Source: Cycas panzhihuaensis
Lineage: Eukaryota; Plantae; Cycadophyta
Direction of reading: 5' to 3'
NCBI GenBank assembly: GCA_023213395.1
Contig: CM041465.1
Span: 247,573,741 to 247,637,740, forward strand
DNA length: 64,000 bases
The notes beneath the pieces were generated by a model, which made no database searches, was not told where the DNA came from, and saw only the letters and a list, made by a program, of their open reading frames with translations. The position numbers and the translations under genes are program-made. Shown one piece after another: positions 50,185-62,732 of this stretch (positions within the stretch are counted from its first letter, which is position 1; each line of letters begins with the position of its first letter).

Positions 50185-52029
50185 GCCCGAATGATATTGA
50201 TTTGATTCCCGTTGAATTTATCTTTGTGTGAATGTTTGTAAATCACCGATTTACACGTCTGCAAATTCGCCAGCCATGAATGTATTTTAATCGCCATCAC
50301 TGTAGATAATATTGTCGCCTACATGTGTATTGCAACCGTCGATTTTGTTTGATTTTTTCTATCACCTGCAACCACTGGTTTTGATATTAAGACAGTTGTG
50401 AATTTTATTGATATAAATCCTTTGATTTATATAAGGTTACGTTGCCATTGATACTTTATACATTGATGCCGTCGTTTATCAATAGTGAGTCGCGTATCAA
50501 TCATTCACCATTTTTCTGCAAGTTATGTTTTAACGTCGCCCTTCACATTATTATTCATCTCAATCTTATAAATATTTACATTGATATTACTATCATTTAA
50601 GTCGCCCAACTAGTAGCATTGACGTAGTGATGCAGAGTTGCCTCCACTCGACCCTCGAGCCAATCTTATCGGCCTTCATTGCTCCGGTGTATCTCTTCAG
50701 ATGCGGCTTGAACACCAATTACTTGCGATTTGGTGTTCTGATATTCGCGTCTTTGTTGGTGCCGCGTCTCTATTCATTACTTGCGATTTGGTGTTCTGAT
50801 TTTAATATTACATGTAATCGCCCCACTGTTGAATTGTAGTCGTTGCCATTCTTAGCCCTTGATTCTTTGTAAAGTCACCCTATCAATGACATAGTATTCT
50901 ATGTTATTAGTTCGCCTTTGTTAATATAATAATTTAATATCTTAGAGTGCCCCTTTTTTATTGGAACATTATTTTGATTATTGTAAGGTTAGTTTATAAG
51001 AGCCCTTCTATTCCTCTTTGGAATGCCTTTCAACTTTATAATTTTAAAGTTTTAAGGGTCTATTATTGAGATAATTGAGGCTTAAAAGAGAAGTGTCACT
51101 ATGTGTTATTCTTCAATAAAGGGGGTGATGTTGGTATGAGGCGATTATAGGATTTCTTGTATGTGATTTACATGAGAGAATAAGTTGGGTGATAGTGCAA
51201 TATGAGGTGAATGTTTGAGGCTCTCTTGCATATGTTGATCATGGGAGTGTACTTTTGCATTGTGAGACAACATTAAGTCATGTTGATGTGAATGTATTTG
51301 GCACTCTATTGGTGATTTGAGGTGCTTGATGGTGATTGCTTAATGGCAATTTGAGTGCCTTCTTACATGTGTGTGTATGAGAGAGCTATTGTGACGATGA
51401 CATAGTGTGGTGATGAAGCGATGATGCATGTGTTTACATGGATGAGTTGGATGGCATATGGCAACTTAGTGCTCCTTGGAATGTGATTTACGTCAAGGAG
51501 TTTTATGGGCATGATAAGGTAAATTTGAGGACAAGAAAAATGGTGATTTGAGGCAATGAAGTGCTTGTTGCATCTGAGGTTACATGACAAGATTGGGTAT
51601 TTGTTGGGCGTGTTTAAGGCTAAGATCAGGCATGTTTGATGATGTGTTCTTTTAATTGACTAATGGGCAAAGACGGATGAGTTTTGTTGAAGATACCTGA
51701 ATTTCAAGGAAGCAAACTTTGATGGGTGGTGTAGTGGCATGAGTTGTGTTATGGGTAATTGAGTAAAGTGTGATGTGTCTTGGTGATTTAATGACAACAT
51801 GTGGCATGTATGATCATTGTGAAATTTATGAGGTATTGATTTAATGAAGTGAGTGATCTAGATTCTGTGTCTGTTTGGCAATATGAGAAATAGACAAGGT
51901 GATGAAGTTGAAGTCAATTATGTGAGAGGCATGAGACATGAAAATATTTATTGAGATTGATTAATGGGCATGTTACCAATGTGAGTTAAAATTATTGATT
52001 AAAAAAGGGGACGCAGCACACTTACAATC

Positions 52030-52692
52030 ATGGAGGAGAATGATGTGGTCATATATGTCCATGAAACAAATGAATATTACTTAAGGGATTCATTTCTTCT
52101 GATACCTAAGTGTAATGGAGATAACTACTTCTTTTGGACGATTAAAATGAGATGTTTATTCATAGTTAGAGGTTTGTGGAAGCTTGTTACTGATGGATAT
52201 GATATCCCTAAGGATGAAGAAGAAAAAGAAATGCTTGAGAAGAAAGACAAAAAGACATTCATTATGATTCTTATTGCATTTGACAAGGCTGATCTTCCCT
52301 CCACATATCATTTTGTCATTTCTAAGATTCAATGTGCAAGTACTGCTAAGGAAGCGTGGGATTTTTTAAGGGATGTATTTAAACAAACTCCTAAAGAGAT
52401 ACAACGAATGATTGAAAAGACAATTAAGGTCAATGATGGTTATGATACAGGTACAACGAATGAAGAAAATATTATCAACATTGATGAAACAGTATGTCAA
52501 GATGAAGAATGTTTGAATATTGATGAAACTACTATTAAACATATGACCGAATGTATTAATGAGATTACAACTATTGATGAAGACGTTGAAAGTGATGAAT
52601 CGATAAAGGTTTATTTAGATGACACCATGATTTCAAGAGAAATTGAATATGAATTTGATGGTTCTATAGAAGATGAGTCTTGGATTGAATAA
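52030..52692 (+). CDS. Copia-type Gag N-terminal (DUF4219/UBN2-like) protein with acidic tail, 220 aa (probably truncated by a stop)
   Basis: PKCNGDNYFFWTIKMRCLF..GLWKLVTDG...STAKEAWDFL; tail shares IS.EIEYE.DG with ORF 37669-38136. Confidence 0.7.
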   Translation: MEENDVVIYVHETNEYYLRDSFLLIPKCNGDNYFFWTIKMRCLFIVRGLWKLVTDGYDIPKDEEEKEMLEKKDKKTFIMILIAFDKADLPSTYHFVISKIQCASTAKEAWDFLRDVFKQTPKEIQRMIEKTIKVNDGYDTGTTNEENIINIDETVCQDEECLNIDETTIKHMTECINEITTIDEDVESDESIKVYLDDTMISREIEYEFDGSIEDESWIE

Positions 52693-52929
52693 AGTCTGAA
52701 TGATGTTCCTTCTTTGAGCATTGATTCAAGTTCAAAGAGTATGCAAGTTGATCAAGGTTTCACTCTAAAGGTTGAAGAAATCATTGTTGTACATAGTGAT
52801 CAAGAACTTATATAGGATAATGATGACAAGCAAGTTGTATTTGAAGATGGTTACTTACAGGATCTACATCAAAATTAGACTAGACTAGCCACAATGAAGA
52901 ATCAGGATTTGCACTTGCTAGAGTTGCTA

Positions 52930-53100
52930 CATCAACATCATCATTATAGGATTGAAGACAGAAATCAAGCTGAGGACATCATCCTACAAAGGCATCAGTA
53001 TAGAATTGAAGACGAAAATCAAGATAAAGACATCATTTTATAGCAAAGATATCACTACAAGATTGAAGACAAGGATCAAGCTGAAGACATCATCTTCAAG
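52930..53100 (+). repeat. ~55-bp tandem repeat x3 (ACATCATC...GATTGAAGAC..ATCAAG) upstream of the PPT
   Basis: Three degenerate copies read directly. Confidence 0.7.
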
Positions 53101-55683
53101 ACATTTCCAAGGACAAGGCGTTACAAATACAAATGACCCAAATGTGCATTAAGGGGGAGTGTTGGAATATTAATGCACATTTGTTTTGTCCCACGTGCAA
53201 GTAGATCCCACTCTTACTATATTGATAGGTATTATAAATACACAACATAGTGTATCATATGATAATCTATTGTAAGGATGTTTTGTTAATACAATTTGAG
53301 GTACCTTAAGGGTACTGTTCGATCCTGTAGGTGTTTTTGTATCTGTTTGTGAATATCTTATTGCAAGTTTGATTTCTAACACTTTTGCTCTAAGAGGAGA
53401 AATAGAAGAGGTCATCGCTCTCAATAAAACAAATGAAGCTCATTCGTCTATCAACATCCCACATGTTAGCATGCGATGGAGATAAATGCCCTTCATTGGC
53501 CTATTTTGAACACGGCTTAGAAGACGAATGCTTAAAGGCATGAGTCCACCAATCTCATTCGGTAATGAAATTCGGGTAGAGACTAAATAGACCCACCTTT
53601 TCAGCACATAAGAGACACTATCCCTGAGAGAAATTGAGAAAGGCAAATAACAAACCTAATGATGTATCTATAATGCGATTTTGATTTAATGAAAACAACA
53701 GAGAACTAGCTTAAAATAGAGTATATGTTAGCCTCACGCATTTGAGGACTTGTAACAAGTGTGAATCTCCACTTTGTTCGGCTTTTGCTTAGGTCTGCAC
53801 CAAAGACAAATAGACATGCAATGCAATGCAATAAAATGAAGTGTTCTTTAATTCATTTTCCTTTTGTTTTATTTATAAGGTTTTCACTTTTAGAAGAAAA
53901 GAATAAAATTAACTACATGCGATGTGTAAGGAGAAGTAAGCAACGATGACAATCAATGAAAGAAATGGCTCCTTTCATCTTTTTCTTTTAAAAAAAACAC
54001 TACTAAATTGAAGACAGAATTTAAGCTCCTTGTTTTTTCAAATTGAAGCTACAAAGCGATGTTTTGAGAGGAATATATGGGGTTAACTCCTGCATAATTT
54101 CATAAACTTTTAGCAATGCAAAACTTTTCAATGGCCACTTTACCAAATAACTTAAAAACAAGTTAATTTCATGCATATAATTCACAGATTTTCTAAGAAA
54201 AACTTGGTAATATTTTTGCTTGTTGGATTAAATTATGATGAAAAAAATTATTACAAATAACTCAATGTGCATGAAAATGAATTTAAAACACAACTTTTAG
54301 TTCATACCTCTTGAAAGATTTATGGTGAAAATTGGGCAACACTTCGACTGTGCAACAAACACTAATCTTTTGGTGGGAGAAGTTGGAGAAAAGGAAGGGT
54401 TTTCGATTCAATCCAAAATGCCTTCAACCTATATAAAACAAGCGATAACGCTTCTCCACTTGTCAGATTAGTTACATACAATAAAATCTTAAAATTTAAT
54501 CATTAAATATGATATCGATTTGAAATGAAAGAAACATTTTGACGAGATGGTGTAAAAAGAGCCTCATAAATGGCAATGTTGCTATTGGTATCTCAGCTAA
54601 AAGGATCATACTGGGTCTTTACTCTCTGTGAAAGGCACTCACACGGTAGGAAAGTGAAATATGAAAAGAAAATAATAGAAACTAAGTGAAAATAAAGTTT
54701 AAAACAACTAAAAACTAAAACAAAAGCAAATAACAATTTGAAAAGAGTGGAGATTGTCAACAGTGTGGGAGGTGTTGCCTCAATTTTTGATGATGGAGAG
54801 ACGTCAATGTTGTGCAGTTCCAACGAAAGAGATCTCCGACAACTATTAGCCTTCAATCTCCAAGCCAAAGGAAAGACAACAAGTAAATATAGAAACAAAT
54901 GGAAGCTATGGAAATTTCAATAGCATTTTGATAACATAACAATGCAAATTTTGACCTCCCTTTTGTTGCAGTTATAATTGACACCCATGCATCCATTAGA
55001 GGGAATGCATGACAAATAACAGAGAAAACAATGGGTATTTTATAGGGCTACCATTCGATGCATTGAGCAGGGAATGGACGAAGCTTGATTAAGGCAGAAC
55101 ACAGTGCATTCCATTACAGGAACGCATGCTATATGCAGGGATGGATGAGGAATGCAAGAACGCACCGAATGGAAGAAGGAATGGTTTCGGCCCAGCAGAG
55201 GAACGGTGGACAGAACACGAGACACGTGGACAACTATACAGATTAGAAAATGTATTAAGAGCCTAATGAAGCATGGTTAAGCGCTGAACATGTATCCATT
55301 CCGGAAAAGGAATGGTTGCGACTGTAGACGCAACCATTCCGAAACAGGAATGCATAGTGTATTTGAGCACATCCAATTGTGGGAATGGATGTGAGAGTCG
55401 AGTAGTGTAATTCAACAGTTCTTGATTTGGTACGGTTGACCAGTCAAGATCGAATGGACCCCAGAACAATGTACTTTTGAATATTGTCTAATATAATACA
55501 AAGAGTTACGTGGAAAGAATGTGTACTTATTATGGAATGCATGTAGAATGTATGTGCATTGTGGACTTACGTGGATGGTTAATTAAAGAATATGTATGTT
55601 GACCAATTGCACACACCCTAGATTACAGTGGAAACCCTTGACAAGTAAGAATTTGCAGTAGGAGTAGCTTTATAAGTCAACAT

Positions 55684-55696
55684 TGGTTCCGTTGCC
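55684..55696 (+). promoter_or_regulatory. Primer binding site TGGTTCCGTTGCC (tRNA-Glu-like)
   Basis: 1 nt after the LTR CA; complementary to a tRNA 3' end GGCAACGGAACCA. Confidence 0.72.
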
Positions 55697-58600
55697 TAAG
55701 TCCACTAAGCGGAGGGAAGAGAAATCAGAAAATCCATGTGCAAAAAACAAGTCACCCTGGCTGTCACAGTGATGGTAGGCTCTAACTAAGCCTAGACAGC
55801 TAGGGGGACCTTCCAATGCCACCTAAATGACCTTCAAAGACGGAAGAGTCACAAGCAAAACCTCTGGAAATAACAGAATCAAGCAGACAAAGAGCCCTAA
55901 GATGGTCCTGAGAAAAGAAAATGAGGAGAGCAAGGAGATTAAGTATTAAAAAGAACGAAGACCAGAATGAGTCAGTGGAAGGATCTGAGGCAAGTGGAGC
56001 CCAGACACCACAAGGAATGGGAAATAGAGGCCAAGGGGAGCCCATGTCAATCACACCTGCTCCGAAAACATATTATAATGAAGGGAAGGTGATGAAACAA
56101 GAGGAAGAAGAAACTAATAATTCTAAAATGGAACAAAGCTTGGACTCTGCTCCAAAGGACCTGAGTGGTAATGAGGAAAAGGTAGAGGAAGGTCCCCAAG
56201 CACATTGGGAAAACCATTTGATCAGACAAGTTTTTGAATATCCACTAGAAGGAAACAAAGATCAGTCATACATAATAACAACTCTAGTAGTAGCAGAAAT
56301 ATTGGAAGTACCAGGGATTATTCAACTAAAATCGCCAATGCACAATCCTTTATTCGGAAAGGAAAATAATAGGGAAGAGACACCACCAAGGAGACTTTAG
56401 AAGAAGTTCCCCGAAGAAAAGATAACAATTCCACCTCACAAGGAAGAAGAGAAAGAGAAACTTACAATGGCGCATCATAGGGAGTTTGGGAAACTCATCT
56501 TCGATGACTCGACCGATGTTGCTGAACATATCTATTTATTCCAAAGATTGATTAACCTCGAGAAAATTATGGATGAGGGTGAAATCAAAGAAAGGTTCGC
56601 ATAATCATTAAGAGGCATACTATTGGCATGGTACAAGCAACTAGACCAGAATAAATCATGGAGTGAAATCAAAAAAGAGTTTGAAACAAGATTTTGAAGT
56701 ATAGAAACAATGATATCATCAAATTAACCTTGAGAGAGATCCAGCAGAAACCCGGAGAGTCAGTCCTGACATATATCAATAGAATAGACATGATTGCTGC
56801 TGCCATGACCAACAATGAGAAAATTACGGATTTAAGCATACGCACCTTCTTCGTGAATGGATTAAACACTAAGTTAAGAAATGCAATGGCATCCCACCCA
56901 TTGAAATCATACAAACATGCACAAGAGTTGGCCTTGGATTTCGAAAAGGAGATAGACACGAAAAGGATAGCATATGACCCTCTAGTGATGAGATTACAGG
57001 AAGAGATTAATGAGCTGAAAATTCAGAACTTAAATAGACCTTTCTTCCAAATGACAAAAACAGAAGAAAGCACGGAGATAGAAGCTTCAAGGAAAGAAGT
57101 AGCCAGGCTAAAATTACAACAAGAAAATCCAAGAGAAGAGTCCAAAACACATTGGGGAAAAGAACCTCCGATAGAGAAATGGTGCTATATTTGTGAAGAA
57201 AGCACCTATACCACCAAGGAATGTGAATGTAATACAAGAAATCGAAGACAAAACGCTTGGTACCATATCTACAACCAAGGAACACATAACGCGTGATTAT
57301 TATTTTAACACCAAAAGTTCCAACACCTGGGGGAGAGGGCGAGGAAGAAACAGTATAAACACTCGTACTATATACACAACCCGGACTCAATCAGAAAACC
57401 CAAGGAAAAAATCTTCGTTGGGCAGATGTTTAATATGTTTGGAGTACGGACACTAGAAGTCAGATTGTCCAATAGCGAAAATTCAAAAAGAATGCCCATA
57501 CCTGTGTAAAAACTGTGGTCCGAGCACTCACACCACCGAAGAATACAAGGGCAAGGGAAAGGCCTTAAACGGAGTAACAATCATACCTGAATCTCCAAAA
57601 AATGTTAACTTATAGAATCAAAGAAACGAAAATGATTATCGTAACCCTAAGAAAGAAATTGATCGTTTTGTCGCTGTGAAGAAAGCATTGGAGGAAGCTG
57701 CACAAGAAGAAGGACTCAAATCGTTACCCGTAGGAAAGCCAGAAGTTAAACAAGTATATAGAAGAAAGAATAAGAAAATAGAGGAACCAACAATACAAGA
57801 AAACCCAAAAGGGAACTCAGAAACAAAAGGATTCCTACAAAAGTTGTTACTAATGGAGGATTTGGTGAATCAACTAAATTTAACCATCCCTTTAGGGAAG
57901 GTCATCGAATGGATCAAAGAAGGAAAAATACACCCAAAGGAAGCTTATAGAAGTTTGAATAAAGTCAAACCATCCTGTGATTTGGACCCCTCAATAGATA
58001 TTAGCATCCTGGGAGTTAATCTGAGGAATGTTATCGTGGATGGAGGAGCCGCAGTGAACGTCCTACCAACCCAAACATGGAAAAAACTTGGGAGCCCTCG
58101 ATTGGCATCAACTAACTATTAATTAAAGTTGGCTAATGAACTACTAGTCAAACCGGTGGGACGACTAGAAAATATCCGAGTGAACGTGGCCGGTATCATT
58201 GTTCTAGTTGACTTTACGATCGTGGATACTATGAAGGACATGGTTACCTATCCATCACTACTAAGAGGACCATGGTTATATCAAACTGAGTGCTTACAAA
58301 GCTAGAAGGATGTAACATTTACCCTCACAGATGGGGGAAACAAAGTTGTCCTCCCTATGTTGGCAAAAGGGAAATATACGGTAGAAGTCATTCTGGATAC
58401 GGCATCCAGTACAACAGTTGCCACTCAAGAAACTTATTCTACATTTGACGAAGCTCATCTATACCACACGATGGAGGAGACCAGCCATATGAACAACGCC
58501 TAGGACTACGAACCAAATGTATATAGGGAATTACCATCCGAAACATCATCTGATGAGAATGAAACCGATCATATGATCCGATATTAGATGGACCATGCGT

Positions 58601-59925
58601 ATGAAACAACCTTCTTCTTTTCGTTGTAATTTGTTGTCCAGACATGTTTCAATTGACAATAAGCTAAATAATAATAATTTGGATTATATAGGTGCCAAGA
58701 ATTATGAAAAAACATTAGAACATGATATAGTTAGAGTTAAATTCCAAATAAAACATAAAGTCCATGTGAATTTTATCATAACCCCTCAATCCCCTTTTCA
58801 TTCCTCCCTTGATTCCATAACCCCACCCCATTGTATGCATTGGGAGATCTGGCCAATCTTCCTTTCCACTCTAGGGGTATCCTTCCAAAACCTTCCACCG
58901 AAGCCCGATGGGTCGAGATGGAACATTCTACTTCCAATCGGAAGTATTCCTTAAATTCATCCACCTCTCTTTCAGCAAATCTTCCCAACAATTCTAGAAT
59001 AGAGACTAGCTTACTAAAAATTACAAATAAGGATCATCCCATAGAATATATACCAGAAGATAAGTCTATTAGGCAAAACCAAATACCTACGTTCTCAGGG
59101 AAAAGAATGGAAGGGACTAGACACTTAATCTAATGTATGGAACATTGGTTACAACATAGGATCATAGATAAACAACAATGGGTAGTTGATTTCGTAATAT
59201 CTCTTAAGGAAAATGCCCGGTGGTGGTACATAGCTCATCACCATACCCTACAAACCTGGGAAAATCTACAATCAACTTTTAGATTAAGAATTGATATATC
59301 TCAAAACTTGATTATTTCAGGCTTCTTAATAGGGGAATGCCCAGATAAACACCTTCTAAGATGTAAAAGAACATGGAAACAATGGAATATTCCCAAGTCA
59401 CATTGGGCCCATCTTTTTATCCACACCCTAGGAACCCTAGCAAGGAAATGGTTCCTAAAACAGGAACAACTCTGACAAGTAACATGGGAGAAATTAGGCA
59501 TTCATTTGTTCAAACTTTTTCCTACTCTTCTGACAACCAAATCATCAATGAACTATTAAAAAACATAAGGGGTATAAGTAGAAAATAAGAAAAAAATTTA
59601 ATATCAATTGAAAACATTAGTGACACAAAAAACAACGATTGCGAAGAAGAGGAAGCTAAAAACTTACCCACCGTGTATACGGAGTTAAGGTATGAACAAA
59701 GAGAGATAGAGAACATAACCCGCTTACCCGGAATAAGAAGAAAAGCAACAAAACGAACTCAAAACAACTCAAATTAACGTTGGGACTGATGCAGACCCTA
59801 AAAACATTACGATTGGCAATTATTGGGATGAAAGGACAAGGCGAGCTCAAGCCTTATTTGACGAATATCGGGATGTTTTTGCTTGGTCTTATAAAGACCT
59901 GAAGGGAATTCCACCTGAAATCGGA

Positions 59926-60873
59926 ATGCACCACATAGATCTTATCGAAGGATCAAAACCGGTAAAACAAAAACCTTATAGAATGAACCCCAAATACAAG
60001 GAGAAGGTAAAAGCAGAATTGGACAAGATGTTAGAAGCAAGGCACATATATGAAACTGAATACAGTGATTGGGTCAGCCCTGTTGTGGTTGTACCTAAGA
60101 AGAATGGAAAAATTCGAGTTTGTATAGATCACCGACAATTAAACAGAGTTATTAAAAAAGATCCCTTTCCGATTCCTTTTACAGAAGAGATCTTAGAAAC
60201 TGTCGGAGGGAAAGAAGTTTACTCTTTTACGAATGGATTTAGCGGATACAATCAGGTGAGTATCGCCCCAGAAAATCAAAATAAAACCACGTTTATAATC
60301 GAATGGGGAACATATGCATATCGTGTTATGCCCTTTAACCTTACGAATGCCCCAACAACTTTCCAACGCATCGTATTGAATATATTCAAAAAATTAATTG
60401 GGGAAACAGTAGCAGTCTTTCTGGACGACTGGACCTTATATGGAGTGATGAAAAATCATATGGAGAACCTAAGAACAATGTTGCAAACTTGTAGGGAAAA
60501 CTGTTTATGTCTAAATCCAGAAAAATGCACCTTTCTAGTACTCTTTGGAAACCTCCTCGGACATGTGGTAAGCAAGGAAGGATTGATGACAGATCCTACC
60601 AAGGTTGCAACTATAGTACATTTTCTTCAACCTCAAAATCAAAAACAAGTGAAAGGATTCCTAGGATTAACAGGATATTATCAGAAATTTGTGAAAGGAT
60701 ATGCACAAATAGCAGGGCCTTTAGAAGATCTTCTAAAAAAAGAAATAGAATGGCAATGGGGGCCAGAACAACAAAAGTCCTTCGAAACCCTAAAATGTGG
60801 CATAGCATCAACTCCAGTGCTACGTTTTCCTGATTGGAGTAAAATATTCCATGTGCATGTGGATGCTTCCTAG
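59926..60873 (+). pseudogene. Gypsy reverse transcriptase / RNase H start, 315-aa open segment
   Basis: WVSPVVVVPKKNGKIRVC, SGYNQV, MPFNLTNAP, FLDD, HVHVDAS. Confidence 0.92.
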
Positions 60874-62656
60874 TATGCTATTGGGTGTGTTTTGACGCAA
60901 CTAGGAGAGAAGGGTATAGACCGACCTATATACTTTGCTAGTAGAAAATTAGCTAAAGCTGAGTAGAATTATATAACAACAGAAAGGGAAGGACTTGGAA
61001 TGGTCTATGTACTACAAAAATTTCGCCATTATTTACTTGCCAACCCTTTTATTTTCTATGTGGACCATCAAGCACTCATGTATTTAGTAAATAAACCAAT
61101 ACTGAGAGGACAAATCAGTCGTTGGTTAATGTTATTCTAGGAATTTACCTTTCGGATCGTGGTAAAACATGGTAAAGCTCATATCATTCCGGATCAACTC
61201 TCCAGAATTCGTAATGGAGTAAAAGCTACAGGAGTTCCAGACGATTTTCTAGACGCAACACTTTTTAGCATAGAATTTGTTTATGTGGAATGGTATCAAG
61301 ATATAACGGAATTTTTGGTCGCGGGACAATGCTCACCAATTATGGACAAAACACTAAAACGGAACTTGGTACGAAAAGCAGAACCCTACCAATTAATCGA
61401 AGGAGAATTATATCGATTAGGACCTGATGATATCCTATGAAGATGCATTCATCCGCACGAAATAAATCAAGTAATATATCAAGCTCATGAGGGCGTGGCT
61501 GGAGGACACGTAGGAACAAGGAATACACAAAGGAAAATCTTAACCACAGGTTTTTGGTGGCCAACGATGTTTGAAGACGTAAAAAGCTGGATAAAAAGAT
61601 GCGATTATTGCCAAAGAGTGTGAAAACCTGATAAAATAGACTTCAACCCTCTTAATCCGATTTTTCCATTGGCACCATTCGAGAAATGGGGCCTTGATTT
61701 TATCGGACCCATCAAACCAACAACCAGATGAACCCAAGTATGTTACATTCTAGTAGCAACTGACTACACCACAAAATGGGTAGAGGCCCGACTATTAAGG
61801 AAAGCTGATTCAACCAGCACAACCAGATTCCTTTATGAAACAATTATTATGAGATTTGGATATGCCATTGATCTCATTAGTGACCAAGGAGTTCATTTTC
61901 TTAATGAAGTGGTAAAAGAACTTATGGAAACTTTTATGGTCACACATCATAAATCTATGCCATATTATCTGCGTACAAATGGACAAGACGAGAGTTCAAA
62001 TAAGATATTGGAGAACTACTTACGAAAAGTATGTGACATTGGGAGATCCGACTGGGTAGAAAAGTTACCATCAGTTCTATGGGCATTTTGCACTACTTAC
62101 AAACATGTGATGGGATACACCCCATTTAAGCTCGTATATGGAATTGAAGCTATACTTCCCATTGACTTTCAGATACCTAGTTTAAGAATTGCTCTAGCTT
62201 GTCGATTAGATGATCCTGAATCATTACGGGAATGACTATGGCAATTGATCCAACTCAATGAAGATCAACAAAAATCAGAGTGGTTGCAAAAACTCAAGAA
62301 ACAAAGGCAAAAGGCATGGCATGATCGCCATATTCGCCACCCTCAATTCTTGGAAGGGGAGCAAGTGTTGTTATATGACAGTAAGTTCTGCACCCATCCT
62401 AGAAAATTGAAACCGAGGTGGTTAGGACCCTACCAGGTGGACAAAATATATCAAAATGGATCAGTTCAATTGAGTGACAAAAATGGATACAAACTGCCCG
62501 CTTTGGTTAATGGCAGTAAACTAAAAATATATTATCAATAATTTCAATATGAGTCAGTTGAATGTATCATATGAGTTGCATGAAGTTGTGAGACAACTAA
62601 AGTTGTCTGAGTAACGACATCATGACTCTACGCCGGTACATAAACATAAAATCTTG

Positions 62657-62693
<37 letters not shown>

Positions 62694-62701
62694 TCTATAT
62701 C

Positions 62702-62727
<26 letters not shown>
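62657..62727 (+). repeat. A33 homopolymer followed by TA-rich microsatellite
   Basis: Direct read; lies between the integrase stop and the extra ORF. Confidence 0.95.

Positions 62728-62732
<5 letters not shown>

Larger units (their letters stand above)
49289..53381 (+). mobile_element. Gag-only non-autonomous LTR element (TR-GAG type), LTRs 49289-49509 and 53160-53381
   Basis: Perfect TSD CTTTT; PBS TGGTATCAGGGC 49510-49521; PPT AAGGGGGAG; gag ORF 52030-52692; no pol. Confidence 0.92.

Noticed and set aside
50112-50300. ORF with IYIYIY repeat (similarly 62597-62788 and 13058-13303)
   Set aside because: Translation of microsatellite or homopolymer tracts
53387-54960. Possible further TE or gene fragment
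   Set aside because: No recognisable domain, terminal repeat or splice-consistent exon
58600-58780. Ogre-like intron between protease and RT
   Set aside because: AT-rich interruption noted, but no convincing splice sites and no counterpart in the related element at 2760-2990
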